A stretch of DNA of 64,000 nucleotides from Octopus sinensis (lineage: Eukaryota): contig NC_042999.1 in assembly GCF_006345805.1 (NCBI RefSeq), positions 64,170,001 through 64,234,000 of the forward strand, in the 5' to 3' direction. The notes below the pieces were generated by a model. That model was not told the origin of the DNA. It was given only the letters and a program-made list of their open reading frames with translations, and searched no databases. Shown here in pieces: positions 15,435-59,475 of this stretch (positions are counted from its first letter, which is position 1; each line of letters begins with the position of its first letter). A program made the translations under genes and the position numbers.

Positions 15435-15495
15435 GCTGGATAATCCGTCTATCCGTTTATCTATCTAATTATGTTCGAGAGAAGACAGGAAGATA

Positions 15496-16490
15496 TTAAG
15501 GCTAATTAGAAGATAGAGTACTTGAAAAAGAAATATTAACAATATTAAAGTTTGTGTAAAAACGTTATTTGGGTAAAAACGTTATTTAATCTTAAGGCTA
15601 ATTAGGGGATAGAGTATCTGAAAATGTATTAGCAATATTAATATTATATTAGAGTGTGGATAAAAACGTTGTTTAATCTTAAGGCTAATTAGGAGATAGA
15701 GTATCTGAAAATATATTAGCAATATTAATATTATATTAGAGTGTGGGTAATATTAAACGTTATTTAATTTAATCTTAAGGCTAATTAGAAGACAGAGTAT
15801 CTGAAAAATTATATATACAATATTAAGCAATATTAACCGTTATTTAATTTAATCTTAAGGCTAATTAGACGTTATTAATATTAAACGTTATTTAATTTAA
15901 TCTTAAGGCTAATTAGAAGATAGAGTATCTGAAAATATATTATATTATATTAGAGTGTGGATAAAAACGTTATTTAATCTTAAGGCTAATCAGGAGATAG
16001 AGTATCTGAAAATATATTAGCAATGTTAATATTATATTAGAGTGTGGGTAATATTAAACGTTATTTAATTTAATCTTAAGGCTAATTAGAAGATAGAGTA
16101 TCTGAAGAATTATTAACAATATTAAAACAATATTAAACGTTATTTAATTTAATCTTAAGGCTAATTAACAATAATTATTAACAATATTAACAATATTAAA
16201 CGTTATTTAATTTAATCCTAAGGCTAATTAGACGTTTTTTAATATTAAACGTTATTTAATTTAATCTTAAGGCTAATTAGAAGATAGAGTATCTGAAAAT
16301 TATTAACAATATTAAAACAATATTAAACGTTATTTAATTTAATCTTAAGGCTAATTAACAATAATTAAACAATTATTAAACGTTATTTAATTTAATCCTA
16401 AGGCTAATTTGACGGTATCAATATTAAACGTTATTTAATTTAATCTTAAGGCTAATTAAAGATAGAGTATCTGGAAAATTATTATATCGA
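15496..16490. repeat. AT-rich variable-unit tandem array, 14 copies of core (T/C)TAAGGCTAAT, units about 48-96 bp, directly 5' of LINE ORF1
   Basis: Cores near 15496, 15592, 15679, 15775, 15855, 15903, 15980, 16076, 16155, 16218, 16267, 16345, 16398, 16446. Most are preceded by AACGTTATTTAAT(TTAAT)C. Confidence 0.92.
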
Positions 16491-16979
16491 GAACAGTTAT
16501 TGAAAATGTAAACAAACAAAATGACGATCGCAACTTTAACTAAGATGTGGGCCTAAGTGAAAGATAAAATAGAATAAATAAATAAAATATGAAGTAGATG
16601 AAATGATACTTAATCCAACAATGTGGTCTGGATTATTTTTTTTTTGGTTTTACGGAATTTTTTTTCAGGAGAGATGCTTCTTTTTTCTTTCTTGCAGGAG
16701 ATAACTTGATTCAGTTATTTTTGCACTATGTGCGTTTCGGCGAAAATGAAATTACTGTATTGTATATTTATATTTTATATATATTTTTTTTAATATTTTA
16801 AACCAAAGTGTTGTAGTGATCTCTGTGACTTAGATTTTACGTTTTGCAACTACAGTGGGTTATTTCGCCGTTCTATGCAAACTTTTTCACAGAGCAAAGG
16901 CAATCACGTCTTTCTCTGCTGAAAACGGAACCGGATATCTATCTATCTATATATATATATATTATATATATATACATAT

Positions 16980-17140
16980 ATAGGGAAAGTTTACGAAAAA
17001 AACAAAAGACGAAGACAGGTGGTGTACAAAACAAACAGATGTATTAGTATAACGCTCAGGAATAGAAAAAGTCTTTCTCCTTTCGAGCCTACGCTCTTCT
17101 ACAGAAAGGGACACAGAAAAAACAAGGAGAGAAACGGCCT
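16980..17140. repeat. Interspersed repeat (probably a Penelope-like terminus), second copy at about 35770-35925
   Basis: Near-identical TTACGAAAAAAACAAAAGACGAAGACAGGTGGTGTACAAAACAAACAGATGTATTAGTATAACGCTCA...; both copies abut TA tracts. Confidence 0.8.
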
Positions 17141-19414
17141 GTCCTCGTTGTCGAGGATATTTGCAAGATATGCATAAATATTCGTTGTTGTTGACGTTTC
17201 CAACTTTCATGAAGGCAGCTTGTCATGTTTGAGATGAATCTTTGGTCACAGAGACGACACTGAAGTTTCGAAGTCGACCTGTACTCTTCCCTTCTGGCTT
17301 TCCGACAGTTTATGTTGTATCTAATGCATTAAATACTTCTAGATTAATACGCGTTGAAATAATTCACTCAATCACACGCAAGTAGACACTAACACAGAAG
17401 CAGATACTCACACACGCTTTTAATTCTCTTCATGTAAGCAAGATATAAAGATAGAGCGGATCGGAAGAGGAGACAGAATGGGGCGGAGAGAGAGACAGAG
17501 AGAAAGAGAAAGGTGCGGGAATGTGTGTGTGCGTGAGTGTGTGTACATGTCTGTATAGGGTGCCCCTTGTGTATGTGTGAATTAATGTCTCTTTTCTACT
17601 TTAAAAATGACAAATGATCTGATTACGAATGATTCATATATTGTAGAAAAACACACTTATACGCATATATATACATGCATAGATACATGTATATATACAT
17701 ACGTATACACACGCATACATATATACATACACACACACATACATACATACGTACACACACACATGCACATACACATACAGTTGGTCTTAAGAATATTTTC
17801 AGTTGATATAGGAATGGAATCTGGCCAAAAGAATTCTTTATATTTGATAAGTTGCTTGAAACCTGAGACTTTTCTTCTTCCTCGCGACAGACCAATTTAT
17901 TCCACAATTAAGCTGTTTAAAAACATTTCTTTACATCAATGGTTTCCCTCGTTTCGCTCGAGGAGAACTACAATGGCCTTGGCAATAACGAAAATACTTC
18001 ACACAAAGATGCTCTGAATACATATAAATCGAACAGAGAGCCAGTAATTATCCTATTATATCAAGACAAGGGCCACCGTGTTAGATTTAGCAGAGTAGAA
18101 CAAGACTACATTCGTGTCCTAGGATACAAGAAGTCGTGATCCTCCTCAAAATTTAAGGGTGTTGAGCTTTATTTTCTTATTAGGATGAGGTTCAGCAGTC
18201 TCAGGGACTCCTCCTTGGCCATCCAGGTCTCGAAACTATGTACCGGAATGAAACCTCATCCACATGTGGGCCTTGGTTATGACAATATCCCACGGTGCAT
18301 TTTTACTTCTAGGACCGCTACCAACATTAGGAATGTTCGTCTAATTTAAAGAGGATATACATGCTGTTGATATAAAAGCTGCAAGAGCCTAACACTGACT
18401 GGAAGCTTCTACAGATACAATAATATCAACTGACTTTTGTACTGAAGGTTGTACTTAAACCACACCACCAAAATGCGACTTAATATGGCGATTATGTCGT
18501 CTATAAGAGGAAAATATTACGCAGACATAGCTTTATGGTTAAGAAGTTCGCCTCGTAACCACTTGGTTCCTAGTTCAGTTCCTCCGTACAGCACCTTAGA
18601 CAAGTGTCTTTTACTATAATCCCGGGCCGACCAACGACTTGTGAGTGAATTCGGTCGATGAAATCTATGTTGAAGCCTGTTATTAGTGGGTGGGTGTTTG
18701 TACCCACACCGCCTAATAACTAATGTTGCTTTCTTTATGCCCCTATTACCGAGCGGTTTGCCCCAAGAGATCCAAAGAATAAGTACCATAATTAAAAAGT
18801 GCCGGGGTCCATTTGTTCGATTAAACCCTTCAAAATGGTGCCATAGTGTGGTTAGGGCTGGTGCTAGGAAATGCAGGACCCAATTAGAGAATTGCCAGTG
18901 TAGCCCTCTACTCTACGAAAGCTGAAGGTTGATGGTTTATGCTTTGTGTACTACTCCATAGAGATATACTAAAAATTCATCAAAGGGTCCTCCGCTCGAA
19001 CCCTCTCTTGGCGCGGGGTCCAATTTTAACAAATTTGTCTGATTGGCTTAAAACCGTCCTTCAGTGTAGTCACAGTTCAGTCACTGAAACAAATAAAAGT
19101 GATTAAGAATGTTATTAGCAGCTTCCCAAAATATCGTTAAGATACCGATTTTTGACTTTGCCTTTGTCTGTCCTTGTTTGTCCTCTATGTGTTTAGCCCC
19201 TTGTGGGTAGTAAAGAAATAGGCATTTCGTCTGCCGTTACGTTCTGAGTTCAAATTCCGCCGAGGTCGACTTCGCTTTTCATACTTTCGGGGTCGATGAA
19301 TTACGTACCAGTTACGCACTGAGGTCGATGTTATTTGGCTTAATCCTTTTGTCTGTGTTTTTTTGTCACCTCTATGTTTAGCCCCTTGTGGGCAATAAAG
19401 AAATAAGCAAACAG

Positions 19415-19500
19415 GCAGATCTCCATACAGCTGTTTCTTGATAGGATGAGTTCTCCAAGATATGTTTAAGACTGCATTCAACATTTAGATGTAAGTTCAA
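19415..19500 (-). mobile_element. Short RTE-like LINE fragment
   Basis: LNAVLNISWRTHPIKKQLYGDLP. Confidence 0.6.
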
Positions 19501-20182
19501 TCTAGCATGGATTCTAGGTTTTTGCTAAGCGTTCAGCCTGTAGCTCCATATAAAAGGACTGATTTTATCGTTGCGCGGAAGAAAAGGTTCCTTTTTAGGT
19601 TGTCTGACAGGGTACTTATACATTCAAAATACATATGTATATGTCGATTATATCAAATACAAGCGAAAAATATTACATATGATCAATATTTCTCAACCAA
19701 ATGTAATTAAGGTACTAACCTACCAATATGGTATAATGTCGTGTCGCTAAAACAAAATACAATACCATCCTTAGAATACGTAAGTATGTGTGTGTGGTGT
19801 GTGTGTGTGTGTGATGTTAAGAACGAATATGTTTCAACACGAGGAATATTGATGGAACATTACTATCAAAACTTCCGTTAAATGCAAAGGCAACACATTT
19901 GAAATAGCTATTTGAGATAGAGAAAGGAAAAAAAAAATATATATATATATACACATGTACTGCTACAGATATCAGCAGCCCTGCGGATGTGACCATTTTC
20001 AAAACCAGTGAGAAACCAACAGCTTCTTTACGCCGCTCATATATTTATATTTATACTCAAAATCTTTTGTCTATTTAGTTATGGTACTATGTATGTATGT
20101 ATGTATGTATGTATGTATGTATGTATGTATGTATGTATGTATGCATGCATGCATGCATGCATGCATGCATACATACATACAT

Positions 20183-20213
<31 letters not shown>

Positions 20214-20271
20214 TACATACATACATACATACATACATACATACATACATACATACATACATACATACATA

Positions 20272-21050
20272 AACATCTGTACAAGGAATATTCGTGGAGC
20301 ATTCCCATCAAAAATTCTATCGAGTGCAAACATAAGAGGCCGGATATCGTTGTCAGGGTAAGACAAGAAAAGTATGTACCGTCATAGAGGTCAGCTACCC
20401 TACGGATGTGAATATCTGTTAGAAAATCAAAGAGAAAGAGGGTAACCACGGTCAATTACTTTGAAACATTCAGCTTCTATACCCAGATTATCTCTCTATA
20501 TATAAACGGCAGTTTGTCTGTCTGTGTGGCTGTCAGGTTGTACCCTCACCCTGACTACGGCTTTCAACCGATTCTGATGAAACTTGACACACACATAGCC
20601 CAATGTCATAATTCAAAACTAACGCAGCGAAAATTTTGAAAAGTTCCCCCAGTTCTGAAAAAAAATCGATAAATTCGACATGGGGTCGAGAATCTAAGCT
20701 TTTTATATGCAACACATTTTCTGTCGGGAGACAGCTAGGAACATCGTATACATAGAAGTATTCAAGTGAAGAGAAGACATTGCAACCTACACATGCACCT
20801 TCGTTCCCTAGAGGGAAATAACTAGATTGGGATTAGTCGTTGCCTACTAGGGGCTCTTACATACCCGGGCAACGCCGGGCTATGCTGCTAGTAACTTCAT
20901 ATTTGTAACAATAATAATTGATACACTTGGCTTTGTGAGTAAATGTCTAAGAAAACCAACTAACTTGCACATTACAAATACAACCTGAAAGCGGAGCAAT
21001 AAAAATACGCAAGTCTTAAGATGGGGCTGTGTGACATTGCTTTTGTTGTC
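20272..21050 (+). mobile_element. R4/Dong-like non-LTR element remnant (restriction-like endonuclease domain), split by a Helitron
   Basis: WSIPIKNSIECKHKRPDIVV...VIEVSYPTDVNI..KIKEKE...QLLYPDY|NFIFVTIIIDTLGFV resembles the RPD...D/E...EK endonuclease of early-branching non-LTR clades. Confidence 0.75.
20491..20891 (+). mobile_element. Non-autonomous Helitron
   Basis: A|TC start, subterminal hairpin CCCGGGCAACGCCGGG, CTAG|T end, no TSD. Confidence 0.9.
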
Positions 21051-21268
21051 CACATAGCAACGACGAAAAAAACCCAGCTCTTAAAGGAAGACTTCAACTA
21101 ATTAAAATCTAGATGACTCACATACATATTCATACAGACGATGATTCGTATACATATTCATACACATTCATAGAGACGATGATAGCACAAAAATTTATAA
21201 GACCTTAAAATTTAGAGGATGAAAGATTACGCAAAATATCATACACGCGCACACACACACACACGTCA

Positions 21269-21339
<71 letters not shown>

Positions 21340-21556
21340 ATATATATATATGTATATACATGCGTATATGCTACTGTTTGCCGTTACGTGATGTTAACCA
21401 TCTTGTAACATAAAGTTAATTGATCATTCATTTTATTTTAATCAAAAAACGTTAGCACGCCGGGTAAAAAATCCTTAGCGGTATTTTGCCCATCGCTACG
21501 TCCTGAGTTCAAATTCCGCCGAAGTTGACAGATTAAGTACCACACACACACACACA

Positions 21557-21596
<40 letters not shown>

Positions 21597-23059
21597 TTCA
21601 GTCGAAGTCGACTTTGCTTTTTATCCTTTCGGGTTCTGTAAAATAAGCACTTAAGTACTTGGGTTGATATAATCAAATAGCCCCTCTCCCCAAATTTCAG
21701 ATCTTGTGCCTGTAGTAAGAAGAATTATAGGTCTTGTTAAAACGGCGAGATGGCAGAATCCTTAGCACACTGGACAAAATGCTTAACAGCAAAGTATTTT
21801 GTCTATCCTCACGCTCTGAGTTCAAATTCCACTGAGGTCATCCTCGCCTGTCATCCTTTCGGTATCGATAAAATAAGTACCAGTTGAATACTGGGGTTTA
21901 TATAATTGATTAGCGCCTCCCATAAAATTTCAGGTCTTGTTCCGATAGTAGATAGAAAGAATTATTGGTCTTGTTCCATTAAGAGGGACCCGAGGCTAAT
22001 AATCAACAACGATATAAGATCTACAATCCCCACCCTCACAACAGTCATCATAGCCGACATCATCATCACACCACCATTATATCTACTAACGTTTTTATCA
22101 CTACCAACGCCCTAACATTACCACCACCACCACCATCGCCACCATCACCACACAATTGTCCCCATAATCTCCATCACTATCGTTGCCATCACTACCACCA
22201 CCATCGTCACCAGTATCTCGATTATCATCAGTGCTACCACCAACACCACCACCACTACCGCTGCCGCAACAGTTACCAAAATCGCCATCACCAATTACAG
22301 TTACTACAGCGTCATCACTATAACAATTGCCATCATTACCACCACCGCCACCACCACCACCGCCGCCACCACCACCACCACCACCACCACAACAAAGACA
22401 ACAGTAGCAGTTACTATAATCGCCATCACCATCACCATCGCCACCAAAACAGTTACCAGAAGTCCACAAGTGCCATAACTGAGCTATTTCCGGTTTCTCG
22501 CCAAGAAAGGGGAAAATACTTAAGAACCGTTTTTATTGTATTTCTGCCCCCTAACCTCCGCCTTCGCCGCCCCCCAACCACCACTTCTCCTTGTCTGGGT
22601 GCTAAAGATGGTGGTGGAAAGACAATAGACAATGTGGGTGATGTGATGAAGTAAGCTTGGTATTGATGTTGTTATTGTTGTTGTTGTTATTGTCGGGGTG
22701 TGAGAGTCGTTGGTGGGTTTTAGGATTAGGGGTGGTACAGAGGTGATGACTAATGTGATAGGAGTTAGGAGTGGAGCGGCGGGGAGGAGTGATAAGGCAG
22801 TGGAAGTATTGTGTGTTGGTATGATTGGAAGGGTGGTGGAAGTAGGTAGCTAATATTAGTGATGGTTTTGGTGGTGGTGACAGTGCTGTTGGTGGTGGTG
22901 GTGGTGGTGGTGGATGTCGTGATGGCGTGTTAGTGGGAAATCCAAAATAACCGTCCTGATTGATCTTAGACGACTTAAGTTCAGAGCTAAATTCAAGGGT
23001 CCGTTAACCAGGGTCTAGTACATACCCAGAAACATTCGACTTTGAAGCTATTATTGTTA

Positions 23060-23320
23060 TTAATGGTTATCGCCAAGCTAATATGGCAGTCCAGAAATAT
23101 AGGACGAATGCTGCCGTTGATTAGCTCCAAGAGGCCATCGCCTCTAGCTAGTTATGTGACACACGAACCTGTGTCCATTATAACCTTCGAACAAGGGAGG
23201 TCTCTTGGAGCTAATCAACGGCAGCATTCGTCCTATTTTTCTGGACTGCCATATTAGCTTGGCGATAACTATTAATATCCAGTACCGCTGCCGTAGTCTC
23301 CTTTAGAGAGACTTAGAAAT
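23060..23320. repeat. Foldback/MITE-like element with about 74-bp inverted arms; internally deleted copy at 2043-2250
   Basis: TTATCGCCAAGCTAATATGGCAGTCCAG...CTCCAAGAG paired with CTCTTGGAG...CTGGACTGCCATATTAGCTTGGCGATAA. Confidence 0.85.
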
Positions 23321-23877
23321 AATAATGTTTCTATATTATTGTTATTGATGTTGTTTAGCTGCTGGTCAGCACTGATCCATGCGTGAATGTGTGTGTGTGT
23401 GTTTTCTCTTCGGTACAACGAGACTATATTATCCAACGTCTCCTTTTCCAAGACAGTAAGGCGTAGTTAAATGAAGATTTGGTTCCTACACCTAACAGAT
23501 CGAGTTATCATATCGAAGCTTTCTTGAAGTTTCGTATATCTTTTATCTTTCTATCTTTTGCTTGTTTCAGTCGTTAGATTGCAGCCAGGCTGGGGCACCA
23601 CCTTAAAGTACCTTTAGTCGAACGAATTCACCCCAGTACTTATTTCTTGTTAAGTCTGGAACTTATTCTATCGGTGCTTTTTGCCGAACTGCTAAGTTAC
23701 GATGACGTAAACGCAGCAACATCGGCACCGGTGATCAAGCAGTAGTGGGAGACAAACATAGACACGAAGACACACACACACGCACACACACATGCGCGCG
23801 CGTGCACACACACACACACATGCGCGCACACACACATGTGCGCGCGTGCACACACACACATTACTCTTTACTCCCTC

Positions 23878-24270
23878 TTTTACTCTTTTACTTGTTTCCG
23901 TCATTTGATTGCGGTCATGCTGGAGCACCGCCTTTAGTCGAGCAAATCGACCCCAGGACTTATTCCTTGTAAGCCTAGTACTTATTCTATCGGTCTCTTT
24001 TCCCGAACCGCTAAGTTACAGGAACGCAAACACACCATCATCGGTTGACAAGCGATGTTGGGAGGGGGGACAAACACAGACACACAAACATATATATACA
24101 TATTCACAACGGGCTTCTTTCAGTTTCCGTCTATCAAATCCAATCACAAGGCTTTGATCAGTTCGAGGCTATAGTGGAAGACAATTGCCCAAGGTGCCAC
24201 GCAGTGGGACTGAACCCGGAACCATGTTGTTGGGAAGCAAGCCTCTTAATCACACAGCCACGTCTGCGCC
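23878..24270 (-). mobile_element. SINE family A copy
   Basis: Matches 2264-2653. Confidence 0.88.
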
Positions 24271-25964
24271 TGTCTGTATATAAAAAATAAATAGGGATAA
24301 GTTGGCAGATCCTACAAGATCTGTTCATTCATCGCCATCATAGCTCTTCATGATGATGCTGAAAAAAGAGTTGTTCTCCTTTTTGACCCATTACAAGTAA
24401 TCGTGGTATAAAACCAATTTTCTTATTATGATCCTGTTGTCTACATCGTTATTTGTGGCAAATTTCCTCCTCAACCCCAGGGCTTTCAACAAGACGAACT
24501 TAGAGATGGAAAATGGAGAATTGGGTGGGTGTAAGTCTTGTATCATTGCTACGTGCCACACTTTTAGATCTTGTGTTCTTCACATGCATCTTGCTTTCCA
24601 TTCGTTATAAGAATCAAAAGGTTGAAACGAGTTCTAGGTTTGGAGGGAAGCGACTGATCAATAAATAGATTTAGAAGGACATCTCCATAGATTTTCTGAA
24701 TAAGTGTTTCCGTCAGACTTTTCACCTGTTAGTGCTAGGTGATTTACTTGGCTTGAGTTGAAGATGCACTGAGTTAGGTTTTTTCAACGTTATTTTTTCC
24801 TCCGGTAGCATTGTTCACGCTGGCGTTAGTTTGATTGTTTCTTCCTGGCATTTGTCACAACGTCTCCAAATCTGAACAGGTACATTTTATATATAATCAA
24901 GGTAACACGCTTACTTTAGTAGATACCGGTCCTTTCAAATTATTCTGTAGAATCACACGAGCATCTTTATATAGGTTGCTGTATTCTTATTTTGATGATA
25001 AGAGGATGTGGTTGGTTGCATGGGCAATTAAAAATTACCTGGATACTGGAATTTTTCCTGATTCCGATTCTCCTTAATTATTTTATTCGCGTTACCAACT
25101 CTTGTGGCTGAACTATCACCACAGCCAACTTTGTGCAGTGAGGAAAAAAGGACAAAACGAATTGATTGAAAAAAATCACAACGGGAGGAAAACGAGCTGT
25201 AAGCATTGCATGTAAGTAAATAAGGGAAAAGGTACAAAATGAGAACGCAAATATAGATGAAGCAGCCGGGGAAATTTCCTTTCACACACACACACAGCAA
25301 TGAATATCTCCTATAAGAAGTGAAACCAGTTTGTAAATATTTACTTTGGAATATATAATTTTGTACTTTCATAATTTTGTGCTTCCGAGTATTTAATAAT
25401 ATATTTTGAAATATTTCAAATGGAAAAAAAACCCCAATGTACTTTAGAATGCATAATCTTGAATAGATTAATTGTTATAATTTATTTGGGTTATAACATG
25501 TTTTGGAATATGTAATAATGTATTTTGAAAAAAATTGCCTGTGATATGCTTTTCAATACAAATAATTAATTGTATTTTCAAATGAACTAATTGTAATTAT
25601 ATATCTTGAAATTAATTAACTGTAAAATAAAAAGAATATTAATGTTTTTCTATGATGGATGAACTCTCCCGTCGAAGAGGACGTGTGAGCGTTCCGCTTT
25701 TTGCCCAATGATCAACACAAACAAATTGTTCGTAATGATCAACTGTTAGTGTTGCACATTAGCTCACTCTTTCCATCAAATCGACGTGGTCTGAAAAGGG
25801 TGCACTGTGTACCACGTGTCAGAAGTCGAAGTGATCGCAGGGCAATATGAGATAAAGTGACTTGCTCAACAACAAAACGCACCACCCGGTCTAGGAATTG
25901 AAACATCCTAACCACTAGGCCACGCACCCCAGTATTTTCTATACATACGTACATAAATACATAG

Positions 25965-26024
<60 letters not shown>

Positions 26025-26639
26025 CATGTGATCACTTGTCAACCAGACTATCGGATGTTTTTATACATCGCTGTTCTCAATGCACCTTGCTTAGTTTTAG
26101 TTTTTGAACGATGTGACCCCAGTGTCATGGCGAGCAGGCCTACATTTCCCTGATCGGAAGGGTAATTTGCCGTCGGGTCACCCATTTACAGCTGAGTTTA
26201 CTGGAGCAACGTCAAATAAAGTGTCTTGCTTAAGAACACAACGAGCAACCTGTTTGGGAATAAAAGCTACGATCTCATAACCACGATGCCTCACGGGTAC
26301 TAGGGCACGTAGTATTTGACAAGATGGATAGGCGATACATTTTCCACTTTAATAATTAGATATTTACGATTTGTACTGATACAATTTATAGAAAAACATC
26401 TAATGAATAAAAGTGGAAAAAAAATTATCAGAAAAGCTATTACTATTCATTTTTCAAATACATAAAAGTAAGGACTTTCTATTTCTAACTTTATATATAT
26501 ATATAAAATTAACAGAATGCGATAAAAATCCAAGATATGAAATAGTGAGTGAAGTGGGGGAATGAAAACAGACGTGAGATATGCAGGGATATTGCATATC
26601 TTCTCTAGAATAACTATTGCTTAACTATTTTCTCGCACC

Positions 26640-26687
26640 GTCTCCGATGAAGGGATATATAAAATATCCCGGAAACAGCTGTAAGAC
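26640..26687 (+). ncRNA. Type I hammerhead ribozyme-like motif (Penelope-type, U4C core variant)
   Basis: GTCT-CCGATGA-A-GGGATAT(ATAAA)ATATCCC-G-GAAA-C(AGCT)G-TA-AGAC. Stems I and II pair, and the stem III loop is palindromic. Confidence 0.6.
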
Positions 26688-26902
26688 CTTTTCTTTATAA
26701 ATGTTCTGAAATCTTTCACAGCCTTGGATTTTTATCTCATTCTGTTAACTTTTTATATATATGCGTGCTAATATATGACCTACGTTGGACTCCTCATTCA
26801 CATAATCACCGAACCTGGAGCTTAACTATGGTTTGTCTATAACACTTATTCAGCATTACCTGACACCTTTGGGTATTCTTGACACCATTACCTCTCATAA
26901 CC

Positions 26903-26941
<39 letters not shown>

Positions 26942-27049
26942 ACACGCGCGCACGTGTGTATATTGTATATGTATATATATTTATTCGCTTTATTGCTCAT
27001 CAGATTTTTTTCTTATTGTCCTTTTCTTTTACATTCAACTATTTTTCAG

Positions 27050-58096
<31,047 letters not shown>

Positions 58097-58255
58097 GTAA
58101 GTTATGTTTTACTTTCTCTTCTCTTTCTCTCCTTCCCCTCTCTTCCTCTCCCTCCCTCCCTCTCTCTCTCTCTTCCCCCCCCCCTCTCTCTCTCTTTGCC
58201 TTTTTCTTTTTTACTTTTATCAGACGGTGGTTTTTAGTCAGTTATATCGACCTCT

Positions 58256-58487
58256 GACGGAGAGCTGGCAGAAACGTTAGCACGCCGGGCGAAATGCGTA
58301 GCCGTATTTCGTCTGTTGTTACGTTCCGAGTTCAAATTCCGCCGAGGTCGACTTTGCCTTTCATCCTTTCGGGGTCGATAAATTAAGTACCAGTTACGCA
58401 CTGGAGGTCGATGTAATCGACTTAATCCGTTTGTCTGTCCTTGTTTGTCCCCTCTGTGTTTAGCCCCTTGTGGGTAGTAAAGAAATA
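58256..58487 (+). mobile_element. tRNA-derived SINE family B (Meta/MESC-like central domain GAGGTCGACTTTGCCTTTCATCCTTTCGGGGTCGAT)
   Basis: A box TGGCAGAAACGTTAG and B box GAGTTCAAATTCC. Further copies near 4600, 19160, 21450-21960, 29100, 37020-37370, 38337, 40135, 42420-42960, 45030, 49350, 62075. The domain name is from memory. Confidence 0.88.
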
Positions 58488-58957
58488 TATATATCGACCT
58501 CTTACACGAAAACACACTTATTCGGAGGCATATAGGCGCACTCTCAGACACTCAATCGTGCAGATCTTCAACCGCTTGAATAGGGAGAGATGCAGAGGAA
58601 ACAAGAGAAATGGAGGGAGACTGGGGTGTGAGAGGAGGAAAAATTTCGATAAATTTCCGAAAAGATTCGGATAAAATATTGAGTGGAGAAAATCTGAGAA
58701 ATTAAGAAAAGTATTTTCGTGGTAAAAGTTTACTGAAAGTGTGTATCCAATATTTAAGTATAAATTTTATGTCCTGTATGCTGAGGTTGAAACTAACCGC
58801 CTTAGTTTGAAGGTACAATCCTAGTTATTACTTTTAACGATGCTTTTTTAACCATGCAAGGCTCACATCTCTTGGTGGGATTTATGTTTGGATCGGGTTT
58901 TCGGTGATTTTTTCAACAGATGCCAAACACTGTACCTTTTCCTTTTAACTGCAGATT

Positions 58958-59014
<57 letters not shown>

Positions 59015-59111
59015 ATAAGTTATCTATCTATCTATCTATCTAATAAGTTATCTATCTATCTATCTATCTATATATCTATCTACCTACCTACCTACCTACC
59101 TGCCTACCTGC

Positions 59112-59143
<32 letters not shown>

Positions 59144-59144
<1 letters not shown>

Positions 59145-59475
59145 CGTTCAGTCGAAGTCGACTCTCGGTTACTCGATGGATCAGTGTCCTCCAGCCAGTT
59201 CTATCCTGGGTCGCTTCTTTCAGATTGGCTATATCCATTCCCGTGTCACTCTTGATGGTGTCAAGCCAGCGGGTTCTTGTCCTTCTCCAGGGATTTTCTC
59301 CGCATAATATAACCAAAATATGTCAATCTATGCTTGGTGATCCTCGCTTCTGGCGACAGTTTCGGCTTGATCTGGTTAAGAACTTCTCCATTGGTGAGCC
59401 TCGTTGTCCATGGAATCCGTAAAAGTTTTCTCCAACATCAAAGCTCGAATGCATTAATTCTCTGCAGAGAATAAA
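59144..59475 (-). mobile_element. RTE/BovB-like LINE 3' end with adjoining (GATA)n tract
   Basis: RINAFEL*CWRKLLRIPWT...YFGYIMRRKSLEK...TRWLDTIKSDTGM...QDRTGWRTLIHRVTESRLRLNG. Confidence 0.85.

Larger units (their letters stand above)
11483..16490 (-). mobile_element. Near full-length CR1/L2-group non-LTR retrotransposon (5' tandem array, ORF1, APE-RT ORF2, 3' stem-loop, (AATC)n tail)
   Basis: ORF1 and ORF2 are listed below. The tail (TGAT)n lies at 11483-11510 on +. The exact 5' end and any TSD were not identified, and including the array in the element is inferred from its position. Confidence 0.9.

Noticed and set aside
15496-16490. CRISPR-like appearance (conserved core plus variable spacers)
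   Set aside because: The spacers are homologous to each other and vary widely in length, there are no cas genes, and the context is eukaryotic. It is a minisatellite.
20009-20083. Hydrophobic stretch RNQQLLYAAHIFIFILKIFCLFSY as the protease signal-peptide exon
   Set aside because: The phase would fit, but the in-frame ATG is followed immediately by TGA and the donor (gtacta) is weak. It is unsupported without transcripts.
22101-22930. Gly-rich 122-aa ORF and opposing CCA/GGT tracts
   Set aside because: Degenerate trinucleotide repeats with no splice or domain support.
25007-25220. Alternative first-exon candidate (LIILFALPTLVAE)
   Set aside because: There is no in-frame ATG, and there are stops before any usable donor.
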